A stretch of DNA of 64,000 nucleotides, taken from Zygnema circumcarinatum SAG 698-1b. Taxonomy: Eukaryota; Plantae; Zygnematophyceae. Where the stretch lies: the NCBI GenBank assembly GCA_037447605.1, contig CM074814.1, positions 62,001-126,000 of the forward strand. The letters are read 5' to 3'. Shown here in pieces: positions 1 through 10,800 of the stretch. The position numbers and the translations under genes are program-made. The stretch's first letter is position 1; each line of letters opens with the position of its first letter. Under the pieces are notes generated by a model. That model did not search any database and was not told where the DNA came from. It was given only the letters and a program-made list of their open reading frames with translations.

Positions 1-556
1 CTTCTGCTATGGCGCTCATTGCCTGCAGATTTCCATCAACAACCATCCTGCTTGAAGAAGGCTTTCTATCGCCGCCATTTTCTGCTGCATAATGACCTGC
101 ATCCTCCCGGTCATCAGAAACTTCATGGTTCCTCTCCTCGCTGCCATGATGACCGTCATAAACATGCCCATCTCCGTGTCTGACACCGTTGTCACCAATG
201 TCTCCATTTCCAACTTCCCATTCATCCGTTACACGAAAGATCCCACCTCCGCCACCGCCTCTAGCAACGCATAATTGGCGGCGAGATTGAATTGCAAACG
301 ATGGGTGCTTTAAGTAGGCAGAGTAAAAGGAATATATTTGACCGCTAGTTCCTACGTGAGGACTGATACAGTGAAGGTCTTTCAACAGCGCATATGGCAT
401 TGCGGTACATCTCTTAGTCGGCAATTTTGCAACAGTCAGCTCGACAAGACGTAAGAAACGCTTTTTCCAAGCGGAATTTTCAACCCCTAGGAACGGGGAG
501 CGGGGCGACAACATAGGTGCCTGCAGAACACAAGACCATTGGCCGCTGACTACCAT
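1..556 (-). CDS. 5' part of a gene running off the left edge; N-terminus resembles an organellar (probably plastid) transit peptide; product unknown
   Basis: Manual translation from the ATG at 556 is stop-free to the window edge (~185 codons: MVVSGQWSCVLQAPMLSPRSPFLGVENSAWKKRFLRL...RGGGGGGIFRVTDEWEVGNGD...). The first ~100 aa are Ser/Arg/Leu-rich with few acidic residues. It is absent from the ORF track, presumably because it is truncated. Confidence 0.55.
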   Translation of the reverse strand, partial: MVVSGQWSCVLQAPMLSPRSPFLGVENSAWKKRFLRLVELTVAKLPTKRCTAMPYALLKDLHCISPHVGTSGQIYSFYSAYLKHPSFAIQSRRQLCVARGGGGGGIFRVTDEWEVGNGDIGDNGVRHGDGHVYDGHHGSEERNHEVSDDREDAGHYAAENGGDRKPSSSRMVVDGNLQAMSAIAE

Positions 557-985
557 GGGAACCCTATCTCTCGGTCTACTGTCTTTTACTCTCTCGACTC
601 CCTTCCTATTCTTCCATTTCCCTTCTCGTCCACTTTCCTGTTACTTTGAATGCGTCCTTAATTTCTCCCTCACCTTTCTTTCTCTTTCTTTCTCTCTCCT
701 CTCACCTCCTTCAACCTCCTTCTCTTTTCCGTTCTCCCTCCTACAGGTTCCACCCCCCCTCCCTCGCTCTTTGCCAGTGCTCACCCATCCCCCACATTCC
801 CCCCCGATGTCCCTCCTCCCCCCACCCCCCACCCCCCACCCTCCCCGCCCCCCCCGCGAGAGAGAGAGAGTGGGCCGAGCGGGAGCGGCAGCAGCAGCAG
901 CGCGGCGGGCGGGACGGGGGCTGAGCGGGCGCTTCCCCGCCACGCGCTGCGCCACGCGGGAGAGGACCGGCCCGCGCCGCCGCCC

Positions 986-1114
986 GCCACGTGGCACTCA
1001 CTGCCCTTCACATGCCGCCCGTTGCCGGAGCGGCTCCATGTCATTTCTGTTACAGTTCAGCGCCAGTTCAGTCCAGTTCAGTGCCGTGATCATGTACGGC
1101 TTTGTACGGTACGG
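986..1114. promoter_or_regulatory. Palindromic G-box (GCCACGTGGC) plus a cluster of three GTACGG sites in the divergent promoter between the partial gene and the TPR gene
   Basis: GCCACGTGGC at 986-995; GTACGG at 1094, 1104 and 1109. CACGTG is the bZIP/bHLH G-box and GTAC is the SBP-domain core. Confidence 0.5.
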
Positions 1115-1628
1115 CGTGTTCGCACGTGTAGCGCTCTCGGCTTGAAGTCGGCGGAAGCGCCTCCCCGCCGCGCATGCTTGCTGCTGCAGTGGAGCTGGAG
1201 GAGAAGCTGGAGCTGGGTGGGTGCGCAGGGGCGGGGCTCAGAGGAGCAGAATTCTGCAACAACGATAGGCGGAAGGAAGGAAGGAAGGAAGGTGAAGCCT
1301 TGAGGGGAATTTCGGACTGCGCACGGGACAGTTGCACGAGCCTCACTTGAGGGGCGCCTGCCGGTGATCGTCCCTTGAATCATTTGAAAGCAACCTGACT
1401 CGCTTGGCGCTTGAATACACTGAGAGATGTCGTCTCACTAATTTTTTTGACACGTATCGGAAGAATTGGCGTCGGGGTGACCATTCCTCGCACCGGGAGG
1501 TGTACGGTTACTTTTTAGTTAGCTTTGCCGAGAATATTACAAGTTGTGCTCGACAGGCATACTTGGTCGGGATGTACTCTAAATTTAGCTGATCTTTGCA
1601 ATCCGTTATTTACTTTCTCTTTTCGAAG

Positions 1629-4370
1629 ATGGCGGAAAACGGGTCATCTAAAGAGAACGCTTCTTCCTCGGCAGCGGAAGTCAGCAAGCCTGCAACTCCC
1701 TCTCTTCGTGAGCAAGGCAACGCATTTTTTAAGGCTGGCAACTATCTCCGAGCCGCAGCCACTTATACACACGCCATTAAGGAAGATCCCACTAACCCAG
1801 CATTATACAGGTAAATATGCTGTATTGCTTCTTACGTTTCAGAAAACCCGTTTGAATGTGATATTGCGTTTGGAGCCGTCACGCGAAGCAATGGTTCAAG
1901 TGTCTGAACTTCATGAGAATACCATGCCATTATGAAAGATGAGGCTACAGTTTCGCATGTAGGTGATCAACTTGGTTCATTCCTTTCTTTGATCCGTTAG
2001 GTTTCACCCACAGCTTCCTTAGTTGAACGTTGTCCTTTGTTCCCCTGACTTTGCAGCAATCGATCTGCAGCATTTCTTCACCTCTCGAAAGTTACAAAAG
2101 CATTGGCAGATGCAGAAATGACTTTGAAGCTGAAGCCGGACTGGGATAAGGTGAGTGCTGGTCACTGAGCTACGTCGGTAGGAGCTGGAGGAGGATAGTA
2201 GCCGTAAGGTTAGTGTGCGGCAATAAGTAGTGGTGTCTCCTGCTTGACTAACATTTTTTTCTCACCAGCACAACGTTGGTTCATCTGCACATGCTACTGG
2301 GTAATGTGCGAGTCTGAGTATTTTACCCTGGCATTAGAAGCAGTTCAAGCTTTTTGCACGCTCATGTGTGCTTTCCAGCGACACATCTATAGAATTTAGT
2401 ACTTCATTCAAAGCCTGGTGGCTACAACCTTTGGTCCGAGCTCATTTGTGAGTCCGTTTCTCTCATTTGTGGATTGCAGGGGTACTTCCGCAAGGCCTGT
2501 GCGCTGGAGAGCATGCAGAGGTATGACGAGGTGTGTGTATTATACCTCCACTTGGAATGCCACTGCAGTCAGCTCTCGCACTCAGGGGCATTTCTTTCCA
2601 TTCAGAGTGCCCATCATTGATAATAGAAGTATCAGTTTCCATGTAAACCAGTTTTTGTGCCTCTCCATTAAGAGACATTTATGTTTTCTGTCTTTTTTAT
2701 GTGGGACCCGATATAAGCTCCGGGAATGTCACCTTTAGAGTATCTTGTTTCTGAGCAACGAAAGTTGAGTATTTATGTTCAGCACTGGTGTCTTTCTTCC
2801 TAGAAACTGTGGAATATGGCAACATTATCATTGCTTTTCATGCAACCCCATGGCTGACTGGGTATCTGAGATGTACTCAATGCTTGACTTATCGTGGTCA
2901 GGCTTCCAGTCGCTTGTTTCAACCCTCTCCTCTCTGCTGGCACACTCTTTCAGGCCCTTGCGGCGTTCAAGGAGGCTGCAGATCGCAATCCCGGAAGCAG
3001 TGAGGTCTCGGCCAAAATGAAACTTCTGATCCGAACGGTGCGAGACCAGAAACGCGCTTCTGTAGGGAATAATGCAGCTCAAAATGGCCACCAGGAGGGG
3101 TCAACGCGGCAGCAGGTGGCCCCCGTCACTTGTGTCCGACCCTGTTTCATGATGCCTGCTAGCCAAATCGCATAGTAGGAATACCGAGCAGGAAGCCTTT
3201 CAAGGCCTGTAGCTCTGAAATGAGTGGCCTGACCTGGCTGTTGAGGCTGTGCTGCTCTCCTGTATTTCTCTCCCCTTGTCCTTTCGTCGTAGGCCCCTGG
3301 AAGTGCCATGCTTCAGCGATGGTGAACAGTAATGTGTTCTCCCTCTTTTGTGCAGTCTACCAGTGAGCCGGAAAAGAGAGTGGAGGCCTTCCAAAACGAC
3401 GTGCTGGCGGCGGCCGAACGTGCGTGGGAGGAGAGTGGGGGCACCCTGGAGGCTACCGTGAGCTTCCTGGAGGACGGGAGAGGCGAAGACGGGAAGGAAA
3501 AGATTTCACGGGTGGTTGTTCGAGAGGTGCGTCCTGATTCTGACAGAAAGCTCCCTTTCGAAAGAAGAGTGCTGCGTGCATTTTGGGCTCTGCTGTTGCC
3601 AATGCACGGCTTGCAGCAGAACATTTTATTCTCTCCACCTTATAGGGCGTCCATCACTTTGCTTTGGCTCTTCGTTGGAGGGTTGCCGGGAGGGATGTAA
3701 ATGCTGGTCAAACCCTGCTTTGGCACTGCAACCAGCTAGTCCTTCTGTCGACACATACTGCTCGAGCTCATCGTGCAAGCAGGTGTAGCTGCCTCCCCGA
3801 TTCTCTCAAATGGGAGTGTGGTTCTGCAGGCGTTTGACTCTCCAGACACGTTCAGCGGCTGCCTCGACTTCCTTCGGAAGCATGCGAAGGAAGGGAAGAA
3901 GCTGGCGGGAGCACTGGTCGTGTGCAGGAGGAGTATTGCCTTCCCACAGGTGGGAAACCACCAGGGGTTGCGCTCCTGAGCATGTGCCCTGCTGTGGCGG
4001 GACTGTCGCCCCCTGTCTCCCTCCTGCTGATCGTGTTCCTGGAGGCTTGGGAGAGAGGTGGAAGCAGGTTTGGAAGGGGCGCGGGGCGGCTTCCTGGCAG
4101 CACGGCGACAGTGACGGCTTCTTCGTTCAGATGGAGTCGCCATCTGTTCGCAGAGTGTGGTTTGTGCCGTCCATTGAGGGGGAAGCGGGCGGAAGGAGAG
4201 CAGGGTGAGCGCAATCTTTACCTTACCTTTACCTTTGAGTTGTTTGCAGCACAGCGACTGTAGTGGACGTCCGACCCCCTCAACCGTGTGTTTTGTGCTA
4301 TGTGCTCTGCAGGCCTCCGCAAGAACTAAGTATAGAAACGTTTGCCCTCTTGCAACCCGTCTTTCGATGA
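1629..4370 (+). CDS. Tetratricopeptide-repeat protein, TPR3/At1g04190-like; about 8 exons
   Basis: Exons ~1629-1810, 2057-2150, 2480-2530, 2954-3115, 3356-3526, 3830-3949, 4068-4204 and 4313-4370, with GT-AG introns. N-terminal TPRs: SLREQGNAFFKAGNYLRAAATYTHAIKEDPTNPALYSNRSAAFLHL...KPDWDKGYFRKACALE. The C-terminal AFDSPDTFSGCLDFLRKHA...FPQVWKGRGAASWQHGDSDGFFVQMESPSVRRVWF matches that plant family as I recall it. Confidence 0.88.
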
Positions 4371-4881
4371 GAGATACGTCTTATGGCGAATATTGAATGG
4401 AATCCCAATTTTGGAACTCGATGAAGATGTGCTCCAGAGAGGAAAGCATGACGCCTGCATCGCCCCTCCGCTGCCACCGCCACCTCGCCCTGTGCTATTG
4501 GCCCATGGCAATCTGACAGCCCGCCCCATCTGTCCCAGCACAGGCTTTCCAGTCCCAGGCAGGACTCCCTCACATTTCTCAACTCTCTGCTTCCTCTGTG
4601 TTGCGAGCGATGAAATACCGTGGAGATTTCTCCGCACTTAATTGCTGCCTCGTTCTGACTGTCAGCTTTTGTGTACACGTGTGGGGAAGACAAAATAAAT
4701 GAACAAGTCGCATGTCAACACCAGAGCTGAAGAAATAAGTCGTGTGTTTTCGTTTCTTAAACTACAAATATAAAGAAGGGACATAACAACTACAAGCAGC
4801 AATAGAAGATGCGCGGCTGTACAAAGGAGCGAAACGCAACTACAAGAAGGGTCTGCCAGGAACTTTTTTCTTCGCCTTCCT

Positions 4882-7800
4882 TCACTTCTTTTTGGAAGCG
4901 GACTTACCCATCAGGTGCGCAGCCAGCCGCCCCCTCGCAGTGGAGGTGTCGACCTTCTGCCGCCTCCACTTCCGCCGCCCCACTCCCTTCCCTCTCCCTC
5001 CTTTCCGCTCGCCTCCCTTTCCCTTCCCTTTGAGCATCTGCCTCCTGAATGCCGGGTCTGCCCATCGCCGGCCCGCCTCCCTTGCAGCCGTTCTGGTGGA
5101 AGCATTCACTTTCGCCGCTTCGATCATGTCGTGAGTCGGGCTCTCCATGACGCGCTGAATCCCTACATGCCCGCCTGCACCCTTCTTCTCTTGTTGCTGA
5201 AGAAGGGCGCGCCCCTTTGCGGTCACTGCGACTCGATTCATGGTCGGGACCCGGTTCCGCAATACCTGAAAAGGGAAGATTGGAGCATTGTCCCCGTTAG
5301 CGCCACCCAAGTGCGGCGGTTGTCCACAGCTTCAAACAATGGCAACATTGACCTCTATTCGAAGTCAGAGTCGTGACCCGACACAAGCCGAGCCAGCAGC
5401 AGCGGCTGCTCACCGCCTCCTCCAAGTCGAGCAGGAGGCACCGCCCCGCCAGTATCCTCCCGAAGCCTCGCCACCAGATGCGGTCACGCTCACATCCCTG
5501 AAGCCGGAAACGGAGGTTCTAGCCTTGACATTAGAAAAGGTGCCTCGGAAACTCTAGACTTCACAGAACATGGATACTGGAAAAAAAGGGGGATTACCTT
5601 AGCCGTGAGAGCATCCACAGCAGCCCGAAAGCTCCTCTCACTTGCACCCAATTCCCTACAATCTTCGGCACCGCTTCTTCCTCCCGTCTGAAAGGAAAAA
5701 AGGAGTAGTAATCATGAGCATCTTCATGCTTCATGAAGACATCCATGTGATGGGCAAAAAACACAAAATAGTACATGTGCTTGAGAAGACCGCAGACATA
5801 GAGGAAAAAAGGAGCCCACGTCAGGCTGGAGGGAGAGCTCCTTCAGCAGCATTACTGCCTCTTGTGTGAAATCCTCGACAGGTGGTGGTCCTCGAACGCA
5901 CACATCACAACTGCAGCCATAGAGTTTCAACGTCAACTCGTTCCAGTTCACAATGTTTTATGCTTTACCACGTTCTAACCTTCTCTGCATATTACTATTT
6001 TCCGTTGGGATAGTAACGACCAGCGACAGAAACCTAAGTCTAAGTCTCTCGTCTCCTTGGTGATAGTAGCAGGACGATTTCCAACGATCGAGACCCAACC
6101 CAATGGCTTTTGCAATCCCCTTTTGGAGTTGCAGCCGCACCTGGCACACGTTCCTTTTGCGAAACTCTCTCCAAAGTATGCCAAAAGCGTGGCCACTCGA
6201 CACCTCGTCGTGCCAATCCCGTACCTGCGCCCGCCCAGCAGCCCCTCGTAAGGTCCCGCCTCCCCTTCTCCTGCGGCGTGCAGCGGCCAGCGGAGGACCG
6301 CACATGAGAATTGAAAAGGAAACCCAAACACAAGGCAACTTCTGCCCTGCTCTGCCCTGCCCTGCCATCTGCCCTGCCCTGCCAACTGCCCTGCCCTGCC
6401 CTGCCATCTGCCCTGCCATCTGCCCTGCCCCCCAACCTCTGCCCCGCCCTGCCCGCCATCCGCCCTGCCCTGCCTGCCGCTACCTCGCCACCCCGCCCCG
6501 CCATCTGCCCTGCCCGCCACCCCGCCCTGCCTGGCCATCCTGCCCTGCGCGATCTGCCCCGCCTGCCCTGCCCGCCACCCCGCCCTGCCCCTGCGCCCTG
6601 CTACTCTGCCCATCTGCCCGCCCGCCCTGCCCGCCACCCCGCCCGCCCTGCCCGCCATCTGCCCGCCACTCCGCCCTGCCCTGCCCCGCCATCCGCCCGC
6701 CCGCCCGCCCTGCCCGCCTGCCACCCCGCCCCTGCCCTGCCCCGCCACCCGCCCTGCCCGCCATCTGCCCCGCCACCCTGCCCTGCCTGCCGCCACTCCG
6801 CCCCGCCCCGCCCTGCCCTGCCCTGCCCTGCCCTGCCCTGCCCTGCCCTGCCATCTGCCCGGCCCTGCCATATGCCCTGCCATCTGCCCTGCCCTGCCCT
6901 GCCCTGCCCTGCCCTGCCCTGCCCTGCCCTGCCCCCTGCCCTGCCCTGCCATCTGCCCTGCCATCTGCCCTGCCATCTGCCCTGCCCTGCCCTCCGCCCC
7001 GCCCTGCCCTGCCCTGCCCTGCCCGCCATCTGCCCTGCTCTGCCCCTGCCCGCCACTCTGCCCCGCCCGGCCATCTGGTCTGCCACTCTGCCTGCCTGCC
7101 ACCCCGCCCTGCCTGGCCCTGCCTGCCATCCCTCCGCCCTGCCCTGCCTGGCCCTGCCCTGCCCCCCGCCACCCCGCCCTGTCTGCCCTGCCCTGCCACT
7201 CTGCCCTGCCCTGCCATCTGCCCCGCCATCTGCCCTGCCCTGCCCCTGCCCTGCCCTGCCCCACCGCCCTGCCTGCCACCCCCCTGCCCTGCCACCCTGC
7301 CTGCCACTCTGCCCTGCCCTGGCCCCGCCACTCTGCCCTGCCCTGCCTGCCCTGCCCTGCCCTGCCCGCCATCTGCCTGCCCGCCTGCTGCCTCGCCATC
7401 TGCCCGCCATCTGCCCCGCCCTGCAGCTCCTGCCCTGCCCGCCACCCCTGCCCGCCATCTGCCCTGCCCGCCTGCCTGCCATCTGCCCCGCCTGCCTGCC
7501 ATCTGCCCCGCCCGCCTGCCCCGCTACCCGCCATCTGCCCGCCATCTGCCCCGCCCTGCCCTGCCCTGCCATCTGCCCTGCCATCTGCCCTGCCCTGCCA
7601 TCTGCCCTGCCCTGCCCTGCCATCTGCCCTGCCCTGCCCCCTGCCATCTGCCCTGCCCTGCCCTGCCCTGCCCTCTGCCCTGCCCTGCCCTGCCCTGTCC
7701 TCTGCCCTGCCCTCCGCCCTGCCCTGCCCGCCCTGCCCTGCCCTGCCCTGCCCTGCCCTGCCCTGCCATCTGCCCTGCCCTGCCATCTGCCCTGCCCTGC

Positions 7801-10800
7801 CCTGCCATCTGCCCTGCCCTCTGCCCTGCCATCTGCCCCGCCCGACATGCGCCCTCCTGCGCCCTGCCCTGCCCGGCCCGCCATCCGCCCGGCCCGCCCG
7901 CCTGCCTCGACCTCTGCCCGCCACCCCGCCTGCCCTGCAGCTCTGCCCCTGCCCGCCACCCCGCCCGCCACCCCGCCCTGCCCCGCCCTGCCACCTGCCC
8001 TCTGCACTGCGCTGCACTTCCCTGCCATCTGACCTGCCATCGATGCCCTGCCCTGCCATCTGCCCTGCCATCTGCCCTGCCCTGCCTGCCCCGCTACCCC
8101 CCATCCGCCCTGCCATCTGCCCTGCCCGCCACCCCGCCCTGCCCTGCCACCCTGCCCTGCCATCTGCCCCGCCCTGCCCTGCCCTGCCATCCTCTGCCCC
8201 GCCCTGCCCCGCCACCCTGCCCTGCCACTCTGCCCTGCCTGGCCCGGCCCTGCCACCCCGCCCTGCCCTGCCCTGCCCTCTGCCCCGCCCTGCCCTGCCC
8301 TGCCCTGCCCTGCCATCTGCCCTGCCCTGCCCCTGCCCTGCCCTGCCCTGCCATCCGCCTGCCCCTGCCCTGCCACCCCCGCCCCGCCACCCCGCCCCTG
8401 CCCTGCCCTGCCACTCTGCCCTGCTCGCCCTGTCTGCCCTGCCCCGCCATCTGCCCCGCCCTGCCCCGCCCCGCCCCGCCACCCCTGCCCGGCCACCCCG
8501 CCCCTGCCCTCACCCTGCCCTGCCCGCCATCTGCCCTGCCACCCGCCCTGCCCCGCCACTCTGCCCCGCCCTGCCTGCCACCCGCCCTGCCCGCCCGCCA
8601 CCCCCCGCCCCTGCCCGCCCTGCCCCGCCCCGCCACCCTGCCCCGCCCGCCTGCCCTGCCACCCCGCCCCTGCCCGTGACTCCTGCCCGCCATCCGCCCC
8701 GCCCTGCCCGCCATCCGCCCGCCCTGCCCACCCTGCCCGCCCTGCCCCGCCACGCCCTGCCCTGCCAGCCTGCCCCTGCCCTGCCCTGCCATCTGCCCTG
8801 CCCTGCCCTGCCCGCCACCTCTGCCCTGCCATCTGCCCTGTCTGCCCTGCTTGCCACCCCGCCCGCCCTGCCCCGCCATCTGCCTGCCATCCGCCCTGCC
8901 CTGCCCTCATCTGCCCCGCCCCGCCTGCCCCGCCTGCCCCGCCACCCGCCCTGTCTGCCTGCCACTCCGCCCGCCCGCCTGGCCTGCCTGCCTGCCACCC
9001 CGCCCGCCCTGCCCTGCCTGCTGCCATCTGCCCCGCCATCCGCCCTGCCCTGCCATCTGCCCTGCCCTGCCCTGCCCTGCCATCTGCCCTGCCATCTGCC
9101 CTGCCCTGCCATCTGCCCTGCCATCTGCCCTGCCATCTGCCCTCTGCCCTGCCATCTGCCCTGCCATCTGCCCTGCCTGCCCTGCCATCTGCCCTGTCTG
9201 TCTGCCTGCCTGCCCGCCACTCTGCCCCGCCCTGCCCGCCATCTGCCCTGCCTGCCCTGGCCTGCCCTGCCCCGCCACTCTGCCCTGCCCTGCCATCTGC
9301 CCTGCCTGCCCGCTGCACTCTGCCCCGCCACCCTGCCCCGCCATCTGCCCCGCCATCTGCCCGCCACTCTGCCCCTGCCCGCCACCCGCCCTGCCCTGCC
9401 CTGCCCTGCCCTGCCACCTCGCCCTGCCCTGCCCGCCTGCCCTGCCACCCTGCCCCCCACCCCGCCCTGTCTGCCCCGCCATCTGCCCTGCCCTGCCTGC
9501 TACCCTGCCCCTGCCCTGCCCTGCCCGCCACCCCGCCTGCCCCGCCCCCGCCACCGCTGTCCTGCCCTGCCCTGCCATCTGCCCTGCCACTCTGCCCTGC
9601 CCTGCCCTGCCTGCCTGCCACTCTGCCCTGCCCTGCCCCGCCATCTGCCCTGCCATCTGCCCTGCCCTGCCATCTGCCCTGCCATCTGCCCTGCCCTGCC
9701 CTGCCCTGCCATCTGCCCTGCCCTGCCATCTGCCCTGCCCTGCCCTGCCCTGCCATCCAGCCCTGCCCTGCCCTGCCCTGCCATCTGCCCTCTCCTGCCA
9801 TCTCCCGTCCCCTGCCCTGCCCCCTCCCCTCCCCTCCCCTCCCCTGTCCTCCCCTCCGCCCTGCCCGCCCGCCTGCCCCGCCATCTGCCCTGCCCCTGCC
9901 CTGCCACCCCGCCCTGCCCCGCACCTCTGCCCCGCCATCTGCCTGTCTGCCTGCCTGCCACCTCTGCCCTGCCATCTGCCCTGTCTGCCTGCCTGCCTGC
10001 TGCCACTCTGCCTGCCCGCCACCCCTGCCCTGCCCTGCCACCCTGCCCGCCAGACGCCCTGCCATCTGCCCCGCCTTGCACTGCCCTGCCATCTGCCCTG
10101 CCCTGCCCTGCCCTGCCCTGCCCTGCCATCTGCCCTGCCCTGCCCTGCCCTGCCATCTGCCCTGCCCTGCCCTGCCATCTGCCCTGCCCTGCCCTGCCCT
10201 CTGCCCTGCCCTGCCCTGCCCTGCCCTGCCATCTGCCCTGCCCTGCCATCTGCCCTGCCCTGCCTGGCCTGCCCTGCCACCCTGCCCGCATCCGCCCTGC
10301 CCTGCCCGCCATCTGCCCCGCCCGCCTGCCCTGCCCCGCCCCGCCATCTGCCCTGCCCGCCATCCCCGCCCTGCCTGGCCCGCCATCTGCCCGCCACTCT
10401 GCCTGCATCCGCCCGCCACCCTGCCCTGCCACTCTGCCCTGCCCGCCACTCTGCCCCGCCCTGCCCGCCACCCCGCCCTGCCCCGCCCTGCCCCGCCCTG
10501 CCATCTGCCCTGCCCGCCTGCCCTGCCCCGCCACCCCGCCCTGTCACCCGCCCCTGCCCTGCCCCGCCACCCCGCCCTGCCCTGCCCCGCCATCTGCCCC
10601 GCCCGCCCTGCCTGCACCCCGCCCTGCCCTGCCCTGCCACCCCCGCCCTGCCCTGCCCTGCCATCTGCCTGCCATCTGCCCTGCCCCGCCTGGCCCGTCA
10701 CTCTGCCCTGCCCTGCCCCGCCACCCTGCCCCGCCCTGCCCTGCCACCCCGCCCCCGCCACTCTGCCCTGCCTGGCCTGCCATCTGCCCTGCCCTGCCCT

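Noticed and set aside
555-1383. Several 90-200 aa ORFs in the first intergenic region
   Set aside because: They are translations of CT-rich and GC-rich promoter/UTR sequence with no recognisable domains.
4882-6224. Treating the exons left of the satellite as a separate gene or pseudogene
   Set aside because: They encode the expected RecQsim C-terminus in the correct order and phase, with intact splice sites and no premature stops.
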